Source: Eledone cirrhosa (Eukaryota). Taken from it: a stretch of 64,000 bases of DNA. How positions within the stretch are numbered: position 1 is the stretch's first letter; each line of letters starts with the position of its first letter. Location: the NCBI GenBank assembly GCA_964016885.1, contig OZ024741.1, positions 374,542,001-374,606,000 of the forward strand. Reading direction: 5' to 3'. The position numbers and the translations under genes were made by a program. Below are positions 14,610 to 25,650 of the stretch, piece after piece. The notes below the pieces were generated by a model that saw only the letters and a program-made list of their open reading frames with translations, made no database searches and was not told the origin of the DNA.

Positions 14610-16255
14610 TTTTATTTATTCAACAAATTTCAATTCGGTTATATAATATTTGCAATAACAAAAAGGAAAAAAGGACAAAAGTTAAATAACAAAAGTAAGG
14701 AAAAGGTTTAGGGGAAGGGAAGGGAGAAAGGCAATGTTTAAATAAAAGAAGAGAGGAAAAAAACTGTGTGGAAACTTAAGAAGGAATACTAAACAGTACT
14801 AAAAAAAACAAACAAATCCTCGTTTAAAACAGTAAAGAAAATGTAAAGGAAGGCGTGAACAACCGAGCCAACACCATAGCAAAAGACAGCAGAGAGGGGT
14901 ACTGGGCAGCCTCTCTAATGACTTTTGAGGCAAGCCAGCACACTCGCAGCGTTGCATTGGGTGAAGCGCCCTCGTGAGATTCGCCAGTTACCTCTATTAG
15001 GTGAGCCGCCAGTGAAGAGAGGAACCTCGCAGTCAGCGGCCCGACTCCCCCGAAGGTCTCGAAAGCCACAGGCTGAAAAAGGTAGCTGGCTGAAAGATCA
15101 GAGTATTTGAGGGTCTTACTCCGCTCGGCTGCGGAAGCTGTGGCTCTCATCCTAACCGCAGCATCCAGGATGTGGGAGAGAGCAAAAGAGTCACTAACAG
15201 TGATGTCTCAGACAAGGCACCTGCCTCGCTACCAGGGGCACAGGGTAAGGCTGTCAGGTCTTTTGCCGTCACTGCTGGACAACCCAGATGGTTCCAAGAC
15301 TGAGGGGATATTCACCCGGGCAAAAGCTCTCTTGAGGATGAGGTTTAGCTCTGTGTGACGTGGAGGCCTGTCGAGTCAAGGAGTTTGCGGCATTGGCACC
15401 TTAAACCCATGCACATGCCAGCTCCCACTCTGAGGGCGATGGAGACACGAAGTTCGTCCAGGCTGAGTAAGCCACCGACGTTGGCCACGGGTAGGGCATC
15501 AACCCAGTCGCCTGAGTATTTGGCGCTGGCGGATAGTAAGTGGCATCTTGCAAACTGATCTGACTGGACGAAGAGGGAGTCAAAGGTGGCCTTCGAACAT
15601 ATGCTGTCCCAGGTTCTCTGACTTCAACTGTCCTCCACCTTCTCAGGAAGATACAAGCCCAACTCACTCCATTGCTGGAGAGCTTCACCCAACTTCCTGC
15701 TGGAACTAGTCCATGTTGGAGAGGAGAGGATGCTGCTCACCAGGGTGGAGCAAGCGTAGGTGGAGGAAAGGAAGCAGGGGAGAGAGGGACGAACACTTAC
15801 GAAGACCAAGACCCCCAAATCGCTTGGGCAACGCAGCCTGATCGCGGGACTCTGGAGAGAGTCTAACATTGATCAAGCATTTGAGTCTCTCGAAGATTAG
15901 CTCGTGGAAGCTTTGGAGGTAGGACGGAAATCTGTGAGAGGGGCTGACCCTGAGCAGATACAGAAGCTTAGGAATAGATAGGTAGTTCCTGAGTATGAAG
16001 AAACCTTGATGAGGTTCGATAACCTCAATATTCTTCAGCAGCTGCTCAAGGCCAACCATCTTCGATTGGAAGATTGACTCGAAGGCAAGGTCTGTGATTG
16101 GGGCTCCTAAGGAGCACCAAGCCAACGGGGGAGGGAGTGCGATGGAAGGGAAGGACTCTGCAAACAGGTCGATTAGCTGTTGGTGTTGAGAAACCGGGTG
16201 GTTGAGGATCCAGAGCTCACATTTGGAGCTATTGACCTGGAGACCCAGCGGCCAT
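14610..16255 (-). mobile_element. 5'-truncated, decayed CRE-clade non-LTR retrotransposon (RT C-terminus, zinc knuckle, restriction-like endonuclease)
   Basis: Minus-strand translation gives LGAPI, LRNYLSIPKLLYLLR, QAALPKRFGGLG, SGDWVDALP, CQC..H, PRHTELN, EPSGL..DGKRPDSLT..PW*RGRCLV*DITV, AERSK..KY, FQPVAFETFG. It has stops and frameshifts, and a T-rich 3' UTR ending in AATAAATAAA near 14610. Confidence 0.8.
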
Positions 16256-16260
16256 ATATA

Positions 16261-16570
16261 TCATCATCATCATCATCATCGTTTAACGTCCATATTCCAC
16301 GCTTGCATGGGTTTGGACGGGAGTTTTCCCACTTGAGGCAAGAGTGGTTGTCTTGCTCGCATAGGACTGTCTGGCGGGTTTTCTACGGCTGGATGCCCTT
16401 CCTAACACCAACCACATTTACAGTGTGGAACTGGGAGGTTTTTACCGTGTTGCCTACACGGCCACATTACAGCGTGGACTGTGTGTTTTTTTGTCGTGAC
16501 ACCTACACGACTTCATTTGTTTCGGGCTGGATGTTGTGGTACCAACATAACTTTACATTGAAAGGGGTGG
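16261..16570 (-). mobile_element. SINE/LINE-tail-type dispersed repeat with (GAT)n tail
   Basis: Highly similar inverted copy at ~35490-35810 and shorter copies at ~40925, ~44165, ~56485 and ~58420; shared tail GGACGTTAAACGATGATGAT. Confidence 0.7.
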
Positions 16571-16576
16571 TATATA

Positions 16577-16608
<32 letters not shown>

Positions 16609-16633
16609 TAGAATTGGAGCTCTGAAATAGCAA

Positions 16634-17010
16634 TATATATATGGATGTATATATAATGTATTTTGCAATACACTTTATGCTTAATTAAAAGCATTTTGAA
16701 GACCGAAAGCTATTGTTTTAAAGTAGTGACAAATTCACTCACTTTGATCTCAGCAAACAGGGGAGATAAGCCGACAAGACTTGTTTCGCTTTGGTTGAAG
16801 CATATCAAGGCCAACTACCCCACCTGCTTACTGAGATCATTGATGTTATATTCTTATAGAAATCTAGTAAATAACCAGGAGCTGATTTGCTGAGATCAAA
16901 GTGAGTGAATTTGTCACTACTTTAAAACAATAGCTTACGGTCTTCAAAATGCTTTTAATTAAGCATAAAGTGTATTCCAAAATACATTATATATATACAT
17001 CCATATATAT
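16634..17010. repeat. Long inverted repeat (~125-bp arms) in (TA)n, with a hammerhead-like motif in the spacer; probable Penelope-like remnant
   Basis: Arm 16634-16757 is a near-perfect reverse complement of 16886-17010. Confidence 0.85.
16769..16812 (-). ncRNA. Variant hammerhead ribozyme candidate (U3-A8 core, position 9 = U)
   Basis: Minus strand GGCC-UUGAUAU-GCUU(CAACCA)AAGC-GAAA-CAAG(U)CUUG-UC/GGCU: all three stems and a GUC cleavage triplet are present, but the core is non-canonical. Confidence 0.4.
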
Positions 17011-17317
17011 AGATAAATCTACCAAGAGTTTACGGTAGTGTCCAATCCGTATGAAGAACTATATTTAGAAAAAAAGATGAAATCGAAAATGCAACTGGAG
17101 TCTTATTTAAAAAAATATATATATATTTATTTGGTTCCTTTACCGGTTTCGCAGTTCTTCTGCTTTTCAAAAGTAGAGTTGAGATGGAGGGTCTGTTGCA
17201 ATTTTCGATTTCACCTTTTTTTCTTTATACTTTCACTCGTGTAGGACACCTCGGTTATTTTTCATTTTGTAAAAAAAACCTCACTTTCTAATATATATAT
17301 ATACATGCATTACGTCA

Positions 17318-17440
17318 TATGCAGGGTAACACTATACTACACAATTTGTACTATAAATATTTTATCTGTGATATTACCTGTTATACACGGGGAGGGGTAT
17401 ATTATAGTACACATTTTGTAGTATAGTGTTACCCTGCATA
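17318..17440. mobile_element. Small MITE-like foldback element
   Basis: TATGCAGGGTAACACTATACTAC...GTAGTATAGTGTTACCCTGCATA; imperfect inverted arms of about 40 bp. Confidence 0.6.
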
Positions 17441-17444
17441 CGGA

Positions 17445-17493
<49 letters not shown>

Positions 17494-17533
17494 GATATTA
17501 AATAAATGGAAACTATATTTATAAAACCATATT

Positions 17534-17599
17534 TATTTCATTATATATATTTCAGGGATATCATATTAAAAATATGGTATGCCTTCTTCAGACAAAATA
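17534..17599 (-). ncRNA. Minimal type I hammerhead ribozyme (Penelope-like element type)
   Basis: Minus strand UAUUUUGU-CUGAAGA-AGG(extended hairpin)CCU-GAAA-U(AUAU)A-UA/AUGAAAUA: 8-bp stem I (2 GU pairs), intact core, palindromic minimal stem III. It is flanked by inverted repeats at 17491-17520 and 17674-17704. Confidence 0.65.
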
Positions 17600-18539
17600 C
17601 AATAAACAGTCTTATAAATAGATAGATTTGACATACCTTACAACTTCAACTTCCATTTAAAAAGTTGATTTGGTAAATATAGTTTCCATTTATTTAATAT
17701 CGTAAATATACTCCAAATACTTGTTGAGTGCTTTTATATCAGTTATAAATATTTACTCGTTGTAACCCAACAATTTAAATAAAACTTTGCATATATATAT
17801 ATATATATATTTAATACATTAACAGAGAAAGCTTTAAGCAATACTCCCACCGACTTCCGTCTCACTCAACAAACATTAGGATATACCTTAGTATAATCCC
17901 AATTATACGTTTGGGGTGCTAACTATACGTATTTTGCGGATAGCCAGTTATATTATTTTATATGAGACATAATTAAATACATCCCTCTTTCCAAACGATC
18001 GTTTCATTATAAGTTTTCTACAAGTTGTGAAAATAATGTCCAGGTTATGTAGAAGCCTACACATAGTCTATAGGAATATATAGGTATATATGAATCCGTA
18101 ACTCCTGAGGGAGTCGCAAGGGTGCCGTATTGACGTTTCTAGTGCATTTTTTAAAACCTGGCGTCACCCATCTCCTCACAGGCAACATTACGTCATACGA
18201 AAAATGTCAAAATTAAGAAACAAAAATGTTTGTATATAATTATTATAAATGCCATCACTTTTGAAGATACAGATACACTAGTGTTTTATTAATACTAAAA
18301 TGACATCAATTTTTATCAGATTTAATCCAAATCGAACTAATAATTCCTTCATTTTAATATTAACGTCCTTTTCAACTTTTTTCTTAAAAATAGTAAAAAT
18401 AAATATAATAATAATAATAATATCTAATGGAAAATCCCAGAAAAAAAAATAAAACGGCAACCTAACGTACAGCAATGTCTAGTCAGGCCACTGTCCAAAT
18501 ATTTACTTATCTTGCGAAATGAATGGAGGCAACAACCAG

Positions 18540-18810
18540 TTTGGGATAGGAGATAGAGAAAGTAAGAGACAGACGTAAGAGTGAAGTGATAGAATGATAG
18601 ATAGACAAACAGAGAGATAAAGATAAATAGATAGATATACAGGAAGATAGATATGTTTCTTTATTGATATAGAAAGACATATAGATAGATAGAGAAAGAG
18701 TAAAAGATATAGAGAGTGAAAGAAAAGAAAAAAGAAAGAAAACCTGTAAGTGAATGTAGAAAGAGAGAGAGGGAGAGAAAGGCTAAGACAGAGAGAGAAA
18801 GCAGAAGAGT
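18540..18810. repeat. Purine-rich (GA/GATA) low-complexity tract
   Basis: Degenerate AGAG/ATAG repeats immediately upstream of the putative promoter. Confidence 0.7.
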
Positions 18811-18829
18811 GTAGTCGACTCCCCGGTAA

Positions 18830-18852
18830 CGACCTTGAGCTTCCATATAAGG
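18830..18852 (+). promoter_or_regulatory. Putative pyruvate kinase proximal promoter motifs: ERR-like site and CArG/TATA-like box
   Basis: CGACCTTGA (reverse complement TCAAGGTCG, near the ERRE TCAAGGTCA) at 18830-18838 and CCATATAAGG (CC[A/T]6GG) at 18843-18852, in a locally CpG-rich patch. Confidence 0.35.
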
Positions 18853-18874
18853 AAAGGACGCGGTGATTGTTAAG

Positions 18875-19030
18875 AGCGAAGGTCGTTTAAAACGGGTGAA
18901 GGTTGTCTTCCTCTGCTACCACCACCACTACTAATATTACCACCACTACTAATACTAGCTCTGCTGGTTGTCGCACTCATCACTCCACACCACATTATCA
19001 CTTTTCTCCTTTCTACTGTTAACCATCAAG
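18875..19030 (+). other. Putative non-coding first exon (5' UTR) of pyruvate kinase
   Basis: ATG-free unique sequence after the promoter-like motifs, ending in the donor AAG|GTACTT at 19030/19031. The first coding exon starts with ATG directly after an acceptor, so an upstream exon is required. The start coordinate is approximate. Confidence 0.4.
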
Positions 19031-19817
19031 GTACTTATATTATGCTTCATAATTCTTATTAACCTATCTAAAAAAAAAAAAGAAAATATATTCTTTTACA
19101 GGCAATGTATAATTTCAAGTTTATAGACATCTCTGTGCTGTTTCTTTCCAATACCTAATTCTATTGATGACATTCGATTTATTCTTCCCGTTTATTATTA
19201 TTTTCTTCTTCATTTTGAATGTTTTCAATTCCTGACGTTATTTTAAATTTTCAATGTATGTTTAATTTTTGTTTTTATCTTTGGGATATTTATTATTTGT
19301 TTAAACGTGTATTTAAAGCTGCTATAATTGTATTGCAGTGTAGTTATATATAAATATATACACAAGTTTAAACGATTTATAAAAAAAAAAAGGGGTATAT
19401 ATCACTTGAGAAAACAATTAGTATTTTGTACATATATATATATATATACAGAGCAAATAATATATAAGAAAATATACATACTTCAATGTGGTAACAAGTC
19501 TACGAGATATATATATATATCTATATATATATATCTATATATATATCTATATATATATAATGTCTACTTCGTTAATATAAGCGTAATATGTATTTTTTTT
19601 ATGTAGTTAGCGAGCTTTAAAGTCGCTACACTAACGAAGATGCTTTCATACCAAACCTTTAATTCTAAACAATTATTAACATTTTATACAGATTATCACA
19701 CGGACAGTTAATTATATTAGCTTCATACGCATTTATTTCCAAGATATTTTAAGAGATGGTCCGTCTTATACGGACCTCCTAGAAATATATATATGTTATT
19801 CCGGGTTAAACCACAAT

Positions 19818-19870
19818 AAGCTTCCTGATGATTTCTCACGAATGAAACAGTTCTAGTCCTGTAGAAGCTT
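19818..19870 (+). ncRNA. Type I hammerhead ribozyme candidate (copy 1)
   Basis: AAGCUUC-CUGAUGA-U UUC(UCAC)GAA U-GAAA-CAG(UUCUAGUC)CUG-UA/GAAGCUU: perfect 7-bp stem I, intact core, 4-bp stem III, GUA cleavage after 19863, U-U at the base of stem II. Confidence 0.65.
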
Positions 19871-19909
19871 TTCTACAGGACTAGAACTGTTTCATTCGTA
19901 TGAAATTAG

Positions 19910-19961
19910 GACATTCCTGATGATTCCATACGAATGAAACGGTTCTAGTCCTGTAGAAGTC
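19910..19961 (+). ncRNA. Type I hammerhead ribozyme candidate (copy 2)
   Basis: GAC(A)UUC-CUGAUGA-UUCCAUACGAAU-GAAA-CGG(UUCUAGUC)CUG-UA/GAAGUC; 92 nt downstream of copy 1, with a weaker stem II. Confidence 0.5.
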
Positions 19962-20487
19962 ATTATATATATAATATATAATATATATATATAAAGTATG
20001 TGTAGACTTAATTATGTCCTGATGTAAAGAAAAACTCAAAAGACAAGTGTAGTTCTAGTCATATATATGTATTGTCTTTTAATGTGAAAAAGGAAAGACA
20101 GTAATGTCATGGTTGGAAACCTTGTTCAATCATGATTGACTATACAGCTGCCACAATTTATTAAAGCAACCGTTATTATGCAATTTACCTCAATATTGTA
20201 ACTATTTCCCATACTTCTAATGGCTGTAACATTGTGCAAATTTTCGGTTTTTGTCTCCGATTATAATCCAAGAGGTCATTTGTTTTCGCATCGTTTAAGT
20301 CGTGGATATATGTCTATATATATATATATATTTCTTTCTCCTCGGATGATGATCGTATTAAGTGTTTTCCTTTTCATGTTATTCATATATATTAAATAAC
20401 ATTACAAATTGTTTATAATTCTTACAGAATGAAAATATAAACACATATAATAAATACAATTAATTATTGCTAGGAACCTCACAAATA

Positions 20488-20605
20488 TAATTGTTTCTAC
20501 TTTAGGCACAAGGCCAGCAATTACCCAGTGCATTACTGGTACTTTATTTTATCGACCCCGTAAGGATAAAAGGCAAAGTCAACCTCGGCGGGATTTGAAC
20601 TCAAA
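20488..20605 (-). mobile_element. SINE fragment (family with TTGCCTTTCATCCTTACGGGGTCGATAAAATAAAGTACCAG core)
   Basis: Homologous copies at 23460-23578 (+), 28020-28225 (+), 30165-30385 (-), 54680-54800 (+) and ~59020-59080 (+). Confidence 0.75.
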
Positions 20606-21194
20606 TCATGCTAAAAAATTACATTCTTCTTCCCCCTCAATTAGCATTTCTATTTCAGCGTATATTTCACTAATTTCAGTCAGAACAGTAAGACTGAAAT
20701 CATTAAGGTTTTTTCACGTGCTTCTCTTGATGAAATAGTTAATGAGAAAATTGTTTATTAAAATGGCAGCTTAATATATATTATTGTTAAACAGATTTAA
20801 CAGAAAAAAAAGGTGTTGCTCAAGAACTATTTTTCTCGTTCTTAAAATAGTCTTCTACCTGACCATCCCATAAATTTAATGAAGTATTTAAAAAACCCCT
20901 TTAAATCTAATTATGAAACGTGTTTAATTTATAAAATGAACAGCATTAAGTTATATTCGTATATCAGCTGGGTTGGACAATTTAAAACATTTTGTATATG
21001 TATGTGTTTATATATAATATATATATATAAATTCAAATATTAACAAAAATAGATATTCTTGTGATCAATAAAATGTTATTATACATATTTCAGAGGTACT
21101 TGAATCAGGTTCAACAGTACGTCCTCAGCAGATAAAATGATACATGACATACCCTGACATGTTAGATGGTTAAGATTTAATCAGTGTGTGTGTC

Positions 21195-21225
<31 letters not shown>

Positions 21226-23459
21226 ATCTATATATGTGTGTGTGTGTGTCTCTCTCTCTATATATATATATATAAATTAGCGAGAATCGCATTTCGGCTA
21301 GTGGAAATTAGCGAAAAACAACTTCCGAAATGTCTGGTAAGCGCTCGATAGATACAAGTCTACTAGAGCAATAAACATACGTTAAAAAGGTCATACACAC
21401 AGACGATGGTTAAACCATTAACCGCAAAGCCCCCAAAAGCGAGCAAGTGTGTATCTGTGTATGCATGCGTGTATAAATGTGGATGTTCAAAAGATGGTCG
21501 AAAAGTGGTTAATCACTTGCTGAGTTTAACGTAAAAAAAAAAAAAAAAAATTGTTAATAATTATGCAGTTTTAATTAACATTCCTCCAAAGCCAATAACT
21601 TAAATGTTTTTTGGACTTAGTTGAATACATATATTATATTCTTACTTTCTACGGTATGTGTTTGAGAGCATTAGAATTTGATGTTTTTATATTAGCATTG
21701 AAGATGGTAACGATTTTTTTTCTGGATAGATCTAAATCTGCTAGTGGAAAGCTGAATGACTTTCTCACGACATAAGATATATTTTATTAGTTTCTAGTTT
21801 TTTTGAATTTTTATTTTATTACGTGGTGGTAGCAAGAATCCCTCAGAGCTGGACAGCATGTCTTCAGACCCCCCCCCCCTTAAGCAAGTGTTTCGTTTAT
21901 TAACGAAATACACACATCTGTTATAATATGACAGTTTTGAGTGCTACCTTTTACAACACCTGTTACCGTTGTTTATTTCACTAAATATCTTATTTCTCTA
22001 TCCTATTGCTGTTCTACAAAAACTATATATTATCTCATCCTTCGTCTTCGGTAGATGTGCAGGAAGTTGTGTATCTTCGTTTGTTGTCGTTTTCGAATCC
22101 GCCAAAGAGGGATTTTAACTGTTTGATAAGTAGTTGGAGGCGTGACTAACTTATAACGATTAAAAAAAAGAAGAAAGTTTTTAATAACAAAATCCATTGT
22201 AAAACAAAACAAAAGAAAACGCGTGACTTCCTTTGAGTCTACCTAAGACGAAGGTTAGCTCTATTACTTAAAACATCTGTATAGTTTTGTTATGAGTATT
22301 CGGTGTGACATAGTTGGTATTTTCGTCGCACTATTCAAGTATAACAACCGGTATGAATGTCAAGTTCAAGATTTTTTTTGTCACTCTAGCTGTCGTTACT
22401 GGAACTTGCAATAGATTTAACCCTTTCGATATCAAAACGCCCCGTTTAAAAAAAAGTTCACATAATTATATTATCTTTCGTAATACTATTTATGTAAGAA
22501 CTATTTGTCGAGCAATGTTCTAAAATCCTAGCTTAATAATGAAAAAGATATATTAGTAAATAACCCCGCATGAATTATAATTATTTTCAAAATTATTTGA
22601 AACACAGGCAAAGTTTTTTTTCAGTAGAAATATGGTAACAAAAGATTTAGTTACTGACTCGTTTCGAAATAACGCCTTGTATCTCTTCTTGAATGTATAT
22701 ACAATGCCTTTTATAATGAAACTCTGGATGAACAACCTATTTTGATAAAACCTGTAAGATCAAAGCTACCTAGTCTACTTTTTCTTGTTTAGGAAAGTAA
22801 GTTAGACTGTAATCTGAATGCAATTTGCACAAACATGCATGACGAAGTACAAAGTAAATACCTTCTGTTGAGAACAATTATTTTACAACTAAATCTACTT
22901 TCTAACATTAAGATTATGGCGTGACTGGTATTTAAGAGTATCCTGTGTATTGTTGGTGGTTGAAAAAGTTGTGTGTTATGAACACAATTACTTAAAGCTG
23001 TTTGTACTCACGACCACTACACCGAACTCAGTAAAACTATTTATTTGCTATTTTGGATAAATTTCTAAGATTTTTATTTTTAATCCTTTGTAGCTGTAGA
23101 TATGTCACAGTCAGCTGCAGGTAGTAAGTAGATTTCATAGACAACAGTTTAGAAAAGTATCTGTTCTTAGAGAAACCATTCGTGTTGTAGAGTTGCTGGT
23201 AAAGACACTTAACAAGATGCTAATTTTAGCTCTTAGTATCATCATTCTTCTATCTTCATGGAAGCACGTCTTGTTCTTGTTTTATGTATATAAATTTTCA
23301 GTATGGTGTTAATGATTTTTGTTGTTTGTTTTTTAATGCAATATTTTTGGAAAATTGAATCTCACACATTAAATGTAACTGGACCATTAAAAGGAAATCT
23401 ATTGTCTTGTCATATTGTTTCATATTTTGCTGTGGGTATTATTATACATAATTATTTGG

Positions 23460-23578
23460 TGTTCAAATCCTGCCGAGGTTAACTTTTGCCTTTCATCCTT
23501 ATGGGGTCGATAAAATAAAGTGCCAGTAATACACTGGGATAATTGCTGGCCTTGTGCTAAAAGTAGAAACAATTATTT
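23460..23578 (+). mobile_element. SINE fragment, inverted relative to 20488-20605
   Basis: Near reverse complement of the 20.5-kb copy. Confidence 0.75.
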
Positions 23579-24169
23579 GGTAAAGCCCAATTTTGCTCAT
23601 ATTGGTTTGCTTAATTGGAAATGGGCATCTATCTATAAAAAGCTAACCTTTCATAGACTATGAACTATTGATTTTTTTTTTTTTATTTTTTTTATTTTTT
23701 TTTATTAGCTCAATACTATAGTACACTTGGAAGGATTAACTTAACTGATAATTAATGTGCATTGTTGATAATTGCCAATATGGCTATCTAAACTCAACTC
23801 TACTTTGTAGCTCCTTTCTTTTTCAGACAAGGTCATCACAGTAATATTTTTAGTTTCAAAAGAAGCTGGTATTATGCAGCAAGCATTTTAAAGCTATTTT
23901 CTTACTAAATCAGCAGTTACCCATGTTGACACCATAGCAAGTTTCATGCATATCATATACTCCTTTTTGAGCCAGTGTTTTATGGCTGAATGCCCTTACT
24001 AGCACCAACCCTTCTAGCTACTTCTCATGACATGCTGGGATGCTGTCTGCCTATTCTAATTCAGATGATATATGCAATAAAAAAATTATTTCTATCAACA
24101 TTTTTTTAGCATGCCTTAATAGGAAGGGAATCCTTCATAGCTAGCTTTTTTGCATCCTCTTGGACTAAA

Positions 24170-24485
24170 TGATTGTAAACACCCCCTTCAGTCACGAATG
24201 ACCATGAGGTTTGCACCTAGAAAGTTTCCTTCCGAGGCACAAGTCCAGGCAAGGTTGTTTGTGGAAGACCAGTAGTTGCCCATGCATACCAGTCACCGAT
24301 GTTGTCCAAGGGAAAGGCAAATGCTGATACAGCAGTGATGTCGCAACTCATTTCTACAGCTGAGTGAACTGGAGCAACATGAAATGTTTTGTTCAAGAAC
24401 ACAATGTAAAGCCTGGTCTGAGAATCAAACTCCCAACCTCGCGATTGTAAGCCCGGCGCTCTAACCACTAAGCCATGCGCTTTCA
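24170..24485 (-). mobile_element. tRNA-derived SINE
   Basis: Minus strand begins with a tRNA-like head GCGCATGGCTTAGTGGTTAGAGCG...GTTTGATTCT (A and B boxes), then TTGCTCCAGTTCACTCAGCTG. Related copies at ~41180-41315, ~50215-50405 and ~62040-62260. Confidence 0.75.
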
Positions 24486-24889
24486 CTGGTATAAGTAGAG
24501 CAATAATAATGATATAGTCACCTATAGTTTTTGGCTGTGCAGAAATTCTGGCAATATTTTTTACCTTTTCTCCATTTAATGCTGTATGTAGTGTAGACAA
24601 GGAATATAAGATGTTCAGTAATGAATTTCATTACATGATTTTCAAATTCTTTGTTTCAGTATGTGAACAAAAAAATCTGCTTCATTCTCTGAAGCCAGAT
24701 GAAAAACAGGTGACATCAAATGTTGAATGCTTATTTAATTGCAAAATTAAATTTTGTTGACTTAGGTATGTCTCTGATTATGAAGTTCACTTTGGAGCCA
24801 TGTTATTTTAGGCTCAGTCCCATTATGTGGCACTTTGGGAAAGTGGCTTCTACTATAGCCCTTTGGCCAACTAATGTTTTGTTGGAAAT

Positions 24890-25650
24890 TGTTACCTAGA
24901 TGAACAAATTAGCAATGGTGGTGGGTGCTCTGAAAGTATAGTAACTAGAATAGGATGAAAAAAAGTTCAGGGAGCTACTACACCTGCTCGCAACAAAGGG
25001 ATTGTCTGAGTGAAGGATAGATTTTATTATGCCTGTGTACAAAGTGTAATGTTGCATGGTAGATGGATATGGGCATTACAGTTGTATGGAAGTTAGAAAG
25101 GTTAGCTTTCTCTGCTGGATGTGTAATCTTAGTGTGCAAATGAAATGATTACACAGACATGGATGCGAGATGTATATGCATGATGATCGAAGAGGAACCA
25201 GGAACTTGAAGTAGAAGTTAGCTGCAGAAAACTTGGGCAGAAGTGGTGAAAGCTGATCTCAGAGCGCTGAGCCTAACGGAGATGATGACAAATAAAGGAA
25301 AGATGTGCTGGATAGATCTTGTTTAACCCATGCAAGCATGGAAAGGTAGATGTAATAATGGTGGTACACATGCACATATGTGTAATGTTAATGTGTGAGA
25401 ACGACAGCATGGATGAACTGAGAAACGAGGCATAAGAACAATCAGTTGTATTGGGCAAGAGAGGAGACTACAATGGTATGGACATGTGATGCATATGCAT
25501 GATGATCACAGTTGAGGGAAGCTGCAGTAGAAGACCTGGGCAGAAGTAGTGAGAACTGATCTTAAATCACTGCATCTCAGAGAGATGACAAAAGAATGTG
25601 ATGAGTTGAGAAATGTTGTACTGAAAAGTACCCATCCAACCTATGCAAAT
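24890..25650 (+). mobile_element. Decayed RTE LINE 3' fragments
   Basis: Similar to the 3' part of the LINE at 34880-35410 (ISNGGGCSES..TRIGWKKFREL, WYGHV). Confidence 0.65.

Noticed and set aside
24410-24482. tRNA gene
   Set aside because: It is a tRNA-like SINE head continuing into SINE body, with no complete cloverleaf.
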